From assembly GCA_964106645.2 (NCBI GenBank), contig OZ067041.1: a stretch of DNA of 64,000 nucleotides; one strand, given 5' to 3'. Below are positions 27,099-40,282 of this stretch, piece after piece. Source of the DNA: Podarcis pityusensis (Eukaryota). Both the position numbers and the translations under genes were made by a program. Below the pieces are notes generated by a model, which was not told the origin of the DNA, did not search any database, and saw only the letters and a list, made by a program, of their open reading frames with translations. Each line of letters begins with the position of its first letter. Within the stretch, counting starts at the first letter, position 1.

Positions 27099-28492
27099 AT
27101 GAGCGCCATCGGGGGAAGCGGAGGCGGCGGCGGAGGCGGCTTGGAGCCCGACCTCAGCCCGGCCGTCCCCGTCCCCCTCCCCGCCGCCGGGGGAGACAGC
27201 GCCAAGGGCAGCCCGGGGCTCGTGGCGGCCGGAGCCGGAGGGGCCGGTGAGAGAGGTGGGGGGAGGGGCAGTGAGGGGAGGGGGAGGGTTAGGGAGGGGG
27301 AGTGGGGGGAGGGGAGGGGGGCAATGGAGGGGGAGGGGAAGAGCAGTGGGGGAGGGGAAGGAGGGGGAGGGGAAGTGGGGGAGGGGAAGTGGGGGAGGGG
27401 CAATGGAGGGGGAGGGGAGGAGCAGTGGGGGAGGGGAAGGTGGGGGAGGGGAAGTGGGGGGAGGGGGAGGGGCAATGGAGGGGGAGGGGAGGAGTAGTGG
27501 GGGGAGATTGAGGGGGAGGGGGAGGTGGGGGAGGGGCAGTGGGGGGAGGGGCACCTCCCTCCCTTCGCCCAGGGTCCCTCTCTAAATCCCTTTCTCTCCC
27601 CGCAGGTGCCTCCTCCTCCTCTTCTTCCTCCTCTTCTTCCTCCTCCTCCTCTTCCTCCTCGTCCTCACTCCTGGCGCATCCCGCGGAGGCAGTGCCCTCG
27701 GTGCCCAACGGGATCTTCGCGCCGCCCGGAGCAGCCGCCAACGGGGACTCGAAGCCTGCCGTCCTTGCCGCCGCCCCGTCCTCCTCGGCCTCCGCCGCCC
27801 CGGCCTCCTCTCCCGCCTCCAGCGCCCCGCTGGTCGACTTCCTGCTGCAGCTGGAGGATTACACGCCCACGGTGAGGCCCCCTTCCCCGCCCGGCCCCCG
27901 GCAGCCTCGCCGGCCCCTGGTGGCATCATCTCCCTCTTGAACCACCCTCCTCGTGCTTCCCTTCCAGATCCCAGATGCCGTCACGGGCTACTACCTGAAC
28001 CGCGCTGGCTTCGAAGCTTCCGATCCGCGCATGTAAGTGGAGCCGTGGGGGGAGAGACCAAGTCCCCAGGACAGATAGACTGCCCCTTCCTCTAGGGGCC
28101 CCGTGTGGCTCTTAGAGACCCATCCTGGGGCTCTCCCACACCTCCCCTCATCCCTCCTCTGGTCTCCCCTTCCAGCATCCGCCTGATCTCCTTGGCCGCC
28201 CAGAAGTTCATCTCCGACATTGCCAACGACGCTCTTCAGCACTGCAAGATGAAGGGCACGGCCTCTGGCAGCTCCCGAAACAAGAGCAAGGTGAGGTCCC
28301 CCAAATGTCTCCCTCGCAGGGGGCCCCTTCCGCAACTCTCCCTTCAGGTGCCCAGGCGGGATGCCCAGCTGACGCCCCTCCCTCTCCCCTCCCCCACTGC
28401 AGGACAAGAAATACACCCTCACCATGGAGGACCTTGCGCCCGCGCTCTCCGAGTACGGCATCAACGTCAAGAAGCCCCACTACTTCACTTAG
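27099..28492 (+). CDS. TAF10: TFIID subunit 10 (histone-fold TAF)
   Basis: Exons 27099-27246, 27606-27871, 27968-28032, 28176-28290, 28403-28492. Conserved [64 protein letters not shown]...[13 protein letters not shown]...KKPHYFT*; ATTAAA at 28551. N-terminal exon is less certain. Confidence 0.95.
27255..27550 (+). repeat. G-rich degenerate tandem repeat in TAF10 intron 1
   Basis: Repeated GGGGGAGGGGAAGT / GGGGCAATGGAGGGGGAGGGG units; almost purely purine. Confidence 0.85.
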
Positions 28493-28800
28493 CTGCCAGT
28501 CCCCCTGGATTCGCTCTGGACTGCTTCTCTTTCCTCTTGGCTGCTGTACCATTAAAGCTCTCCCTTTCTGGATCTCCCTCCCTGCCTGTCGCTCCTTCTG
28601 CATCGGAGGAGGAGGGGAGCAGCTCTGATAAAAGATGGGGTGTATTTGAAGCAAAGGTGTGCCAGAACACCGGGGGGGGGGGGCGTAAGGAAGATGTCTT
28701 TGGCTCGCCTGGGCATGACATTCCTGGGACACCCAAGGAAGTTCATCCATCATTTCCTGTGGTGCATGTGTAAGGTAAAGGCAAAGACAGTGATATTTAA

Positions 28801-29070
28801 TAGAATCTTAGAGTTGGAAGGGACCCCAAGGGTCATCTAGTCCAACCCAGCTGCAGTGCAAGAGTCTCAAGAAAGGAGATTCCAACTAAGCATTCGAAAA
28901 AACTTTCTGACATTATTATTTATACTCTGCCCATCTGGCTGGGCTTCCCCAGCCACTCTGGGCGGCTTCCAACAAAATACTAAAATACAGTAATTCATCA
29001 AACATTAAAAACTTCCCTAAACAGGGCTGCTTTCAGATGTCTTCTAAAAGTCTGGTAGTTCATCTTCTCT
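28801..29070 (-). mobile_element. LINE 3'-end fragments (CR1-type tail plus L2-like fragment)
   Basis: TAGAATCTTAGAGTTGGAAGGGACCCCAAGGGTCATCTAGTCCAACCC resembles the CR1 tail at ~62000; CCCATCTGGCTGGG..CCCCAGCCACTCTGGGCGG recurs at ~38940 and ~39620. Confidence 0.55.
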
Positions 29071-30775
29071 TTGAGACGGCCCTTGGGATCCCTTCCAGCT
29101 CGTAAGAGTCTATGATTCCTGACAGTCTTCACTTCTCCAGGGTCAGCATACCTAACAGTTCATCTTAGTTGCCCTCTGCACATGCTCCAGTGAATGGGAA
29201 TGGCCTGGGCAGGGCCTCCCTCCCCTGTCTTGTTGGCACTTGGGCAGCAATGTTCCTCGACAGCGAAGCTCGTCCAGCATTGCCTGTGATGTGCGGGGAA
29301 GCCAAGGTCAGCGAGGCTTCTGAAGGCCACTTGCAGGAAGCCACACCAGGGAGATGGGCTCTGGTGTCTGGGTGCTGCTTGCTTGTTCCCCTGTGGGGAA
29401 ATCTGGCTGGCCAGCAAGAGAACAGATTGCTGGACTTGGTGGGCCTGCTTGGCCCTGATCCAGGAGCAAAACAGCTAGGAGTTGCAGGGAGGAGGTGGGT
29501 GGAAAGCTTGACTGCTCCAGGGTCAGGGGCTCAGTTGCTCCAGCTGCAGCAGCTTTTCTCTTTGGTTACTTGTGCTGTGCTGGGGAAACCAGAGGGAACT
29601 GGCCTCTTGAAGGTCAACCTCCCCCCCCCCCCCCCCCCAAGTCTGGATTTGCTGTAGTGATCTTCCAGTGCCCCACAGGTTTTGAACCATTCTATTGGAG
29701 AAGGGGGACTTTGGGGCAGGGGGATGGCAGTGGTAGGTTGGGCAGCAGGTGTGACTCCTACCTTTCTATGGTAGGCGACAGTCCAGGCCCTCCAAAACTC
29801 AGAGGTTTCGGCTCACACACAAAGTCCCTCTCTGTCCAGTCAAGCACGGTCACAGTTGACAGTTTTTTCCACTAGGCAAAAACACTTCAGGAGGGCATGG
29901 AGCTGTGCGAAACAGCCCCCCCGCCCCCCCCCCCGCATGCAGCCAAGTGGCTCTGCGTGACTCAGCAGCTGCCTCAGAGCCTCCCCTGTCCTGTGACCAG
30001 TAACTCAAGCGCTGCAACATGGTGATGGGCGTTGCAGCTCGCAGAGGGTGGCCTCAGTTGATGCCGAGGAGAACACTCCCCGGCCGCACCCATTGCATCT
30101 GTTCTGCTTTCTTTCTCCCATTCCAATGGGTCGTTGGGTTTTCTGCTTCCGTCTCTCCACCGAGAAGGTGTGTGGAGGCGATTACTTGTGGAGCAGGGAA
30201 ACTTACTCTGCAAGGAAAACCACAAGCATGCTGCTGGCTCCGGCAAGAGGCCTATCTCACCCACCACAGCTGGGGAGCCCAGAGGCTCGTTGCCTCTGGT
30301 GCTGGAGCAGCTGCAGAGCTGCTAGGAGCAGCGGCCTGATCCTGCTCAAAGCACCCACATGTGTTGGGCATGAGACCAGGAGAAAGGCTGCTGCCCGCTG
30401 AGCCTTTCGGCTGCCACTGCCTGTCCTTTTCCCAGCTCTGCACTTTCCTTTCTGGGCTGCGTCTGAAAGAGGGTTGTGGCCCATATTTGCCATGGCATCA
30501 GGAGACTGAAAAGAGGCTGGTTTCAGTCGAGGGCAACAGAAGACCAGCCAGAGCGTGGCACCTGATGGGAGTTGAACCCAAAGACAGCCACCTCCCCACA
30601 GTAGATTGTCGTATGTTGGAAATGGACCAGGCTCCCGGGTGAGAGGGCAGCAATGCCAGGAGGGGCTGGAGCAACCGTCCTCTTCGGCCGAGGCCCACCA
30701 GGGAAGCTGGGGCAGCCCGCTGTGTCCCCCTCACCCCACAAAGGCTGCAGTGACCACGGTCTCCTTTAATAACTC

Positions 30776-30781
30776 TTTATT
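30776..30781 (-). terminator. Probable ILK polyadenylation signal
   Basis: TTTATT (AATAAA on -) ~360 bp downstream of the ILK stop, with ATTAAA adjacent. Confidence 0.7.
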
Positions 30782-31141
30782 TTGAGCCCTCTGGCTTGGG
30801 CCGGGGCCTGCATAGAAAAGATAAAAACCGTGCAGCGCAGAGGCAGGCGGTGGGCTCTGAGTGCGAGGCGACCTTGCTGATGCGCGCTGAGGGGACGGGG
30901 TGCTAGGCACTGTGGAAGGCAGCGCAGCATTGCTGGGGGAGCTTAAAAGGCCAGGGCAGCTTACAGCAGGGACCCCTCCCCCAAATAGAGCTGCCCCGAA
31001 AGGGGAGAGGGGCAAGGCGGTGGCTCCTTCTGTACCGTTTTGTTTCAAGAGCAAGGAAGTGGCGCTTCCTGTCATCAGCGCCTCCCCAAGGCACTTGTGG
31101 GCAGGCTGGAGGGGGGGGCTGAAGAGCACGTCCCCCTCCCC

Positions 31142-34100
31142 TCACTTCTCCTGCATCTTCTCAAGGATGGGGACGATCATGTCAAATTTGGGGCGCTTGG
31201 CTGGGTCCTCGTTCATGCAGATCTTCATCAGCTTGCAAATGTGGGGGGAGATGCCTGGGGGGATGGTGGGTCGCAGCCCCTCCAGGGCAACCTGGGAGAA
31301 GGAGGAGGAGGAGGAAGAAGAAGAACCTCAGATGGGGCCCCCAGGGTCGCCAAGTCCAACCCTGCCAAGGTGGGGGGGGGGTCCTGCCCTCCTGCCCCTT
31401 CCTCACCTTCATGCCAATCTCCATGTTGGAGAGGTCAGCAAAGGGCACTTCCCGCGTCACCAGCTCCCACAGCAGCACGGCAAAGCTCCACATGTCGGCC
31501 GAGCGGCGGTTGATCTCCTCTGCCTTCTTCTGGAGAGCTGCGGGAGCAAAGAGGGGCTGCAGAAAAGCAGTGGCTGGAAGGGGGACCCCTCCCCAGCAGG
31601 GCAGCTGCTCTGCCTGCACTCGGCCCCCCAAGCAAGCCCAGGGGGGCTTGGGGGTCAGAGGAGGGCAGTGTGGCAAAGTGGTCAGAGGCACTCGCGGGAA
31701 TGGACCCCCCCCCCCCCAGGGAGTGCTTTTCAGTTTGAGGCATTCTTCTGCATTAAGCAATAAAGAAATATAATGAAACTAAGAATAAGAGCCAGAAAAG
31801 AAAGATGACAAGTTCGGGGGGGGGGGGGGGAGATCTGTGGAACAGCTCTTAGTGCAGTGACTGCTCTGCCCACCACAGTCGCAAGAGGGGAGACTGGCTC
31901 TGGCGCTTGGATCCTGCTTGCGGGCTCCCCTGAGGGGCATCTGGTCGGCCAGGTGGCGCAACCCCCTTGGCCCGATCCAGCAGGCTCGTCTTTGGATCTC
32001 AGCGGAGGGCAGGGCGCCACTCACCTTCCGGCGCCACCCAGGCGGGCGCATACATCCTGCCAGGGCACTGGAAGGAGAACTTGACGTCTGCCATGCTGAT
32101 CCGGGCCGTCATGTCCTCATCGATCTGTGGGGGGAGGGAGGACACAACGGGGAGCTCAGCCTCCTGGAGACCCCACCCGCCCACTGAACCCCAGAAAGGG
32201 CCCCCCACGCACCATGATGCTGCGGCTGTTGAGATAGTGGCGCGGGATGAGGGGCTCCAGGGTGTGCAGGAAGGCCATCCCCCGGGCCACGTCCAGAGCA
32301 AACTTCACGGCCTGCGTCTGGTCCACCACAAAGTCTGCAGGGGGAGAGAGAGCAGGGGGGGCAGATATGGGGGGGGGGAGCCTGCGTCTGCCGGGGTCAG
32401 TGCTTGCTCGCTCCTGAGTGCTGTCCGGAAGGGTGGGAAGGGCTTCCAAGGGCTGCCTGTGATTCAGGCTGCCCAAGCCAGGGGGCCACAGTGCAAGAAT
32501 GGCAGGCCCCCCAACCCCTTCTGGCTCTGGCCATCAACACACTTTAGGCCTGGAAAGACGTAACGGCAGCCAGAAAGCGCTCTGTTCCCTCCCAAGCGCT
32601 ACAGAGAGAGCAAATGATTCCTGCGTTGCCCGGGGGTGGGCTAGATCCCTGGGATCCCTTCCCACATCCCCAGCAAGGCCCCTGGGTGCCCCCTTGGAGG
32701 CAGGGGGGAAGGGAAGCGAGGTAGGGGAAGGGAGACTCACTGGTGCCTTCGTGGAGCACGTTGTAGAGGGAGCCGTAGGGCATCCAGTGGGTGAGGGTGA
32801 TGGGGTGTGGAGCAGGAGGAGACTGGCAGGCGCCCAGGACCGGCAGCACGTTGGGGTGGGAGAAGATCCTGCGAGGGGAAAGGAGGCGAGTGGAGGAAGC
32901 AGCCCAGCCACCCACCTCCTGCGCTCACGTGGGCAGGCAGGGGCTGCCCCACAGGACCCCCCACCCACCTGAGCTTGGGGTACTCCTCATTGAAGTCGCG
33001 GCTCTTGCGGGTCGTCCAGTCTCGGGGCTTGAGCACTTTGATGACGATGCCGTTTCCCTGCCAGCGCCCTTCCCAGAGCTGTGGAGAAGGCGGAAGGTCA
33101 GAGGGGAATGGGGCGAAGGAGACGGGGGGGGGGGAGAAGGGGAAAGGAGCGGCCCCCACCTCTCCAGACTGGTTCTCGTTGAGCTTGTGTCCCAGGGTCA
33201 GCTGCCGGAAGTCGATGCCAGCCAGCTTGTTCAAAGTCCCGTTGCCTAAAAGAGGAGACCTTCAGCCAGGCGCAGCCAGCAGAAGGAACCGCCCAACCCA
33301 CTGGGCAAGGAGAGTTCCCTCTGCCCCCCCCCGGCTCCCAGGTCTCCCCCTTCCTGCAGGGCTCTTACGAGGTCTCGTCCGTGTTGTGCCCTTCCAGAAA
33401 GTGTCCTTGAAGGGGATGCGCGTGAGGCTCTGGCCCAACTTCTCTGCTCGCTCTGGAGGGGGTGGAGAGAGAAAAGAGGGATGTTGTGCAGGTGGAAAGG
33501 GGGTGGAAAGAGCCCCCCCCCAGCTCCTGGAGCTGAAAAGGCAGGGCCAGGAAGCAGGAGGGGGTGCAGAGGAAGGGTGGCAGGAACCAGCAGGGGACCC
33601 CCAAGGGAAGAAGGCTCAGAGCCCTCCGGGGGTTGGGGGTGAGACTTGGGGAGTGGTCAGAGGCAGGAGACTGGGAAGAGGAGGTGTGGGAAGAGGTAAC
33701 AGGGTTTAGTCAGCCGGGATCCAGAATCAGAGGCAGAAGGAGGGCGGCCAAGAGGCAGAGATCAGGCAGGCTGGAGAAGAAGCCAGGTCATGGATTGCAC
33801 ATAATGCACTCGGGGAGATATCTTGGCTGAACAAGTGTGTTCAAACGCTCTAAACAAATTAACAAATGTAGTCTGACCCAAAACAAAGGCGGGAAGTAGC
33901 TGAAGGCAGCCGCTGAGCAGGGAGGGGCTTAAGGAGGCAGGGTGGCAGGAGCCGCACTCACCTTTCAGGGAGTCCCGCAGGGGCGCCTTGGCCTTGTCCA
34001 GGGGTGTCTCCCCATATTTGTTGCAGATGCTGACGAGAGCCCCGCTGGCCACCAGGTCCTGAAGGACGGGGAGGGTGAGACCGTCTTCCCACAGCAGCCC

Positions 34101-35934
34101 TTCATGCCCAGCCCCCCTCCCCACAGGGCACCAGGTCTTCCACCAGCCCCACTCCCCACAGGTCACCGCTGCCCTCCTATTACGGGGCTTTCATTTAGGT
34201 TTAAATTGTGTGAATTGGGGTATATGAATTTGCTTGAACAGAGCGCGAATGCTGCCACTGCGGCAGGAAGAGACCCGGCAGCCCCACGTGCCTCTGCCAA
34301 AGCAGCCCTCACCTCAGCTACCTGCTCCTGGGCCCAAAAGCAGGCGTAGTGGAGGGGGGTGTTCCCGTGCTCGTTCACCGCGTTGATGTCGGCCTTGAAC
34401 TGGATCAGCTGAGCAGGGCAAGAAGACAGAGGGTGGGCTGGGGAAGGAAATCCCACTCCAAAAGACCTCCACAAAGTGAAATTCATCCCCCCCCCCCAGA
34501 GGGAGATGCGCCAGACGGCCACCCTCTTCCCTCTCCCTGCAGGGGGCGCCCTAAGACCCAGAGGAGGATGTGGGGAAGCAGGGGTGGGGACCGGGAGCCT
34601 TGGGCAGCCCCCTCCCTGTGGGGTCCCCCCTACCTTCTGGACAATGTCCCGGTGGCCGTGGCTGGCAGCCAGGTGCAGCGGGGTGTCGTCCCCCCGGTTC
34701 ATGACGTTGATGCGCGCCCCTCGCATGACCAGCATGTCCACCACGCTGGAGCGGCCCTCGCGGCAAGCCCAGTGCAGGGGACTGAAGCCGTGGTCATCGC
34801 TGCAGGGAGGGAGAGGGGCCCTGCTCAGTGCCCAGGGCAGGAGAGGGGCCAGCCTGGCCAGGGGGCAGAGCTCCAGGGGTCCCGGGGCACCTGGTCAGGG
34901 CTGGGAGTGCCAGAGGCAGGAGCAGCCTGGGAGAGTGGGAGCGCAGGAAACCCTCCTCCCTCCCTGAGCTCACTCTTCTGGAGCCAAGCGCAGGAGAAGA
35001 GGAAGACCAGGCCTTAAAAGGAGATCTGAGCCAGGAAGACGGGGCAGCCCCAGGCCCCAGCCGGGACAGCAGCGAGGGGGCCAAGCAGATGGGAGCATCC
35101 CAGGGGAGAAAAGCAACCACTGGCCCGGAAATCGAAGGGTCGCCTAGTCCGGCCCCTGCAAGGCAGGAATCTCAGCTAAAGCATCCTTGACAGATGGCCG
35201 GCCAACCTCAACTTTAAAACCTCCGAGGAACATCTGCCTCCCCTGTAGAACAGATCAGAAGGGGATCCTGGCTGGCATCACAGACCCCACCCACCCATCC
35301 TTCCTGCCACCCCCAAATCCCTTCAAGCCTTGGGGACCAGACTTGGGGGGGGGGGGTGGCTGTGGCTGCTTCAGAGGACTAGGAACAAGTTCAGGACCAG
35401 AGGAAAATGAAGCCACCCATTTGCCTGACCCTGGACTCCCTAGAGGGATTTGGGGGTCGTTGCACAGCCCCCAGCTTCAAGCCGCCTGCCCCCAGGGAAG
35501 GAGGCTGGCTCCTTAGGCAAGGGGCTTCTCCCACCCCCCACCCCAGGGCTCCTCCACAGCAAGACTGAAATGAGGGGGGAATCTGGGCAGCCTCCCCTCA
35601 CTGCCCTCCTCCCCTCGGGCTGGGCTGGTGCTTCTGGACTCCCGCCACCTGCTCTGCCATCCAGGCTCCCCCCCCCCCCCAGCTCCGGCAACAGAATTCC
35701 TGCCGGCGTGTTTCGGAGCTGCGGTCATTTCCTGTCCTTTCCAGCCAAGGGGACGAAATGCAGGACGAAGGCGGCTTGGGGGCGCGGGGGGCGGACAGGG
35801 GGACTGGGGGGCTCCCTCCCTCCCTCCCTCCCGCTCCCCACTCACCCCTGGTTGAGGTCGTTCTCCGTGTTGTCCAGCCAGAGGCGCACGGCCACGGCGT
35901 TGCCCTCCCGGCACTGGGTGAAGATGTCGTCCAT
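31142..35934 (-). CDS. ILK: Integrin-linked kinase (ankyrin repeats + pseudokinase), 452 aa
   Basis: Exons (-): 35934-35846, 34799-34634, 34408-34313, 34058-33962, 33452-33369, 33245-33160, 33078-32969, 32868-32741, 32334-32213, 32124-32025, 31537-31407, 31291-31142; total 1359 nt. [21 protein letters not shown] start; pseudokinase [18 protein letters not shown]; end PILEKMQEK*. Confidence 0.98.
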
Positions 35935-36376
35935 GGTCCCTCCTGCCAAAGGAGGGCGGGGAGGGTCAGCCCGCCGTCGGAGCCGCGATGAGCCCCTCGC
36001 CCCGCAACCCGGCTGGCCCCCGCTGCCGGGCGTCCCGGGCAGCTGCACCCCACCCCACCCGAGTAACGGTCCCGAGCAGTCCTGATTCAGGGCGGCTTCC
36101 CGGCGGGAAGAGGGCGATAGGCAGCCGCCCCGACATCCTGCTCGGGGGCCGAGAATCTGGGCTCTAGGTCCGGGCAGGAGCCCCCGACGCCGCCCTTCCG
36201 CAGCAGCGCCGCAGCGCCGGGCCAGCTGAGCCCCCCAGCGTCCCCCAGGAAGCCGCCCTCCCGGGCCCCGTGGGGCAAGGGCAGCGACGCACGGGCGTGG
36301 CCGGGGCTGCTGCGAGGCTGCGGCCGGGCTGCCCCACCCCGACCCCGGGCGATCCCCGTCTCGCCGCCCCCTTTAC

Positions 36377-36884
36377 CGTGCCCGATCGCGGCGGCGGCTC
36401 CGTGTGTGGCGCGTCCCGTCGGCTCGGCTCCTCCCCGCCGCTCCCTCGGGCGGCTCCCGCCGGAGACCGCCCCCTCCCGGCCTCCGCTCCCCTCCCACGG
36501 CCCCGCCGCTCCCGCCCCGCCCGGCAGCAGAGGCTCCGCAGCAGCGGCCACGGGCGCCACCAGGCGGCGCTGCAAAGCCCGCCCAGGCCGGGCGCGGGAG
36601 TCCCGGCGCCCCGCCTCCGTCCCAGACAGGCCCCGGGCGGACTCTGCTCCCCCGGCCCGCCCAGGCGCGCCCCAGCCACGGGGGTCTCTCTCCGCCGTCG
36701 CCCTCCGAGGGCGCCCCTTCCCCCGGCGCCCCTTGCTGGGGCGGCCTCCGGGCGGCAGGGGGCGCCCGCGGGCCGCTCTGGCGGCGAGGTGGTGCTCTCG
36801 AGAGCGCAGCCCGGAGACCCGGAACTTCCGCCAGCGTGAGCGCCCGGGCTGCTGCCGCCGCTGCCGCCTCTTTCCCCCGGGACG
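36377..36884. promoter_or_regulatory. Bidirectional CpG-island promoter of ILK and RRP8, including a likely non-coding ILK exon 1
   Basis: Head-to-head genes; minus-strand donor ACG|GTAAAG at 36377/36376; paired ETS motif CCGGAACTTCCG near 36819-36830. Confidence 0.75.
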
Positions 36885-39800
36885 ATGTTCGAGGAGGCTC
36901 CGTGGGGCGAGGCGGCGGAGCTGGCGCTGCCGGGCCCGCGGGCCGAGGCGAGTCCCTCTGGGGGCCGCCCCCCGCCCAGCCCCGCCGCGCGCCGGCGCCT
37001 CCTGGCCACGCTGCGCCGCCTGCAGAGCTCGGCGCCGCGCCCGCCTTCCCCGGCCTCCTCCGGCCGAGGCAGCAGCGCGTCGGACTCGGAGGCCGAGCAG
37101 CCGCCCGAGAGGAAGCGCCCGAGGAAGGGGTGGCAGGCGGGGTCGCCCCCCGGAGCTCCGCCATCGCAGCAGCAGCAGCAGCGCCTCCCGGCCCGGAAGG
37201 AGGAGCCGGCGCCCCGAGCAGGTGATGCCGCTGGGCTGTGGCCCAGGGTCTCCCCGGGACGAAGGCCGAGAGAACGAAGGCCCGGGGTGCAAAGGCGGGT
37301 CAGGGGGGTTGGCCTGGGTTGGAGTTCGGGTGGCGGCAAGCGGCAAGCTGCCTTCTCGCGGGACTCTCGGCGGCTATGCTCCTTTGCTGAGGTTCTGCTT
37401 GTGGGTTTCCCATCAGGGTTGTCCACTGTAAGGCTGTGGTGTTGGACTAGGTTCTTAGAATCTTATGAAACCGTCCCTGGGGGCCTCTGCAGGTGGGGTG
37501 GGGCTGGTCCCTCTGCCTGGAACCCCGGTGGGCTGTTGCCACCAGCAGTCAGTGCACAGAGCCCTGGACTGGAGCGATCATCTGGGCGGGGGGGGGGGGC
37601 GATGGAGCCCAGGGCTAAGCACCTCTGTCCTTGCCCTGTCCAGACAAAGCAGCTGGAGGCGGAGACCCTGAGCCCAGCAGCAAGCAGAGGAGCGCTGGGG
37701 CAAAGGCAGCTGGGGCAAAGGACCCAGAGGAGGAGCCAAGGCAGCGGCTGACCAGGAGACAGTGGAAGAACCGCCAGAAGAACAAGCGTCGCCAGAACAG
37801 GTTCAAGGCAGGGCTGGGCCGCGAGGAGCCCCCTGCAGTCCCTGCAGCAGCAGAGGAGCCCCCCAGCAGCCAGGAAGATCCAGCAGGCCAGGAACTTCTC
37901 AGCGAAAGGGCAGCATCCCTGCGGCTGCGCATGGAGGAGCGGCTGGAGTCAGCGCGCTTCCGCTTCATCAACCAGCAGCTCTACACATCCTCCAGCCAGC
38001 AGGCGGTCCAGCTCTTCCAGGATGACCCTGAGGCCTTGGCAGTGTATCACCGGGGCTTTGCCCGGCAGGTGGCCCAGTGGCCTGAAAACCCTGTGCAGCG
38101 CTTTGTGCGCTACCTGCGTCAGAGGTAAGGATGGGGGGGGATTGGCCAGCTCCCCCCCTTCAACATGTGCTGGTTAAGCAAACATCTGCACGTGTTGCAA
38201 GGTCATAGTTAACGTATAGAAGTGTTTGACAGGATGGGTGCACGGTCTAACTTTGCCCCTCCCCTCACAGACCAGCATCACTCGTGGTGGCAGATTTCGG
38301 TTGCGGGGACTGCATGCTGGCACGCAGCGTGCGGAACAAAGTGCACTGTTTTGACCTGGTGGCTCTGGACCCCCGAGTCATGGTCTGTGACATGGCCCAG
38401 GTACGTTGGGGGGAGGGCCTCCTCACAGCACCTGCCTTCTCCAGGTTTGGGAATAGCTGTGTGATGAGCCCATGCAGGTGGGCTTTGCTTCACTGGAGGC
38501 TTTTAAGCAGAGCTTGGACAGCCACGTGTCAGGGCTGCATTGAGTGTGATTCCTACAGTGCAGGGGGTTAGACTAGAGGGCCCTTGGGTGTCCCTCCCAG
38601 CTCCATGATTCTATGACTACCTCACACACATGGTTTTCCGATTGCGCCTCCCTCTTTTTGCTCCTTCTGTGCAGGTCCCCCTGGATGATGAATCTGTTGA
38701 CGTGGCTGTGTTCTGCCTGGCACTGATGGGTACTAACCTGCAGGAAATCTTAGAAGAGGCCAACCGTGTGCTACGAGTTGGGTAATTGTGGGGTCCAGGG
38801 GTCACTGGCATGGGAGGGGCTGTGGCAGTGAGGGGGACAGGTGAAATGGCTGATCAGGGCACTGCCAGCTCAGTCAAAACCTATGGCTGTCATATGGGGA
38901 TGATGATATTTAATACCTATACTGCTTAATAATAATACTCTGCCCATCTGACTGGGTTTTCCAGTCAGAAATATTAAAATATTAGTAATATATTAATAGA
39001 GATATAGTTAGAATATTTTAAAGCATTGTACAGAAAACTGAAATAACAACAACTTAAACAAAAGATGTGACTAAAATAAAGGATTATGTTAATATACATT
39101 TATTAATATTCAGACAATAAATTAATGATGGTTGCAAAGAGCCTTGAGGCAGTGAATCAGCTAAATCTGCTTAGTAGCAAAATTTCAGCATAACTAACTT
39201 GAATATTGAAAAAACCACTATTCGTGTATTTTCTATTTCAGTATCAAAACAGTCTCGAAAATATGCATGAAGCCCCCCTGATCTAAAGTTTACTTGCATT
39301 CTTTAAAATCAGTCCTCGGCACCAATTGCCTTTGAAAACAAGTAGCGAGGAGGAAGAGGAGGAGGAGGAGGAGGAGGAGACTCTCTGGCCAGGAAGAGCT
39401 TTGGTGGAAGTGCAGACTTCCCAGGCCGGCCTTGGGTTCACCCACTCACACCCACCCATGGCAGCTCCAGGCAGAGCTCAGAGAAGGACCCCTGGGTCTG
39501 AATTCCTGGAGAGAGAAGGAAGGCTGTCAGTGGCTACATGTCGGCCACAGGATCAGAGGCAGCAGCTCTGGATCACTGTGAATAATAATAGTAGTAATAA
39601 TAATTTTATTGCTTGTATCCCGCACATCTGGCTGGGTTTCCCCAGCCACTCTGGGTGGGTTACAGGACATGAAATACTGTAAAACAAACATTTTAAATTT
39701 CTGAAGGTGGGAAGGGGCTACTTCTGAGGCATCCTCTGAGATTTCCTGACGTGAAATGCAGTAATAAAATAAGCAAGCATTCCTTGGACTGCTTAGGGGG

Positions 39801-40282
39801 AAAGGATTACATGATTGGTAACCATTCAGAGCTCCAGCAAAAACAATGACCTATAGCATTTGGGGCCCCTCTCTTTGGGGGGCCAGGCCAAGCCGTCTCC
39901 CAGCCCTCCCGGGTCCTGCAGGTGCTGATCTCCGCCCTCCGTCTCTCCTCGCAGGGGGACCCTCCTGGTGGCCGAGGTGGCCAGCCGCTTCCCGGACGTG
40001 CGGGCCTTCGTGGCGGCGCTGGCCCGGCTCGGCTTCCGCCTCCTCCGCAAGGTAGGTCTCCTCCCCCTCCCTCCTTCCTCCCTCCCGGGGGCCGCGCGAG
40101 GCCCCCTTCCGGCCCGCGCGCGCCTCCGCATGGCCTTCCCTCTCCTCTCCTTGCAGGACGTGACGGGCAGCCACTTCTTCACCTTCGAGCTGCGCAAGGC
40201 GGAAGCGGCGAAGCGGAAGGGGCGGGGCGAAGGGGCTCTTCCGGGCCTGGCGCTCCGCCCCTGCCTCTACAAGCGGCGGTGA
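36885..40282 (+). CDS. RRP8: Ribosomal RNA-processing protein 8 (nucleomethylin, SAM-dependent rRNA methyltransferase)
   Basis: Exons 36885-37221, 37644-38124, 38271-38400, 38675-38781, 39955-40051, 40157-40282. MFEEAPW start, [20 protein letters not shown] (SAM motif I), [20 protein letters not shown]-terminal LRPCLYKRR*; AATAAA at 40327-40332. Confidence 0.95.

Noticed and set aside
32213-33245. Missing GxGxxG/HRD/DFG motifs in ILK as a novelty
   Set aside because: ILK is an established pseudokinase.
36087-37431. Several 260-420-aa ORFs over the ILK/RRP8 promoter (similarly 26409-27554, 19227-20050)
   Set aside because: Arg/Gly/Pro/Ala-rich products of stop-poor CpG islands; only the RRP8, TAF10 and TPP1 exons are supported.
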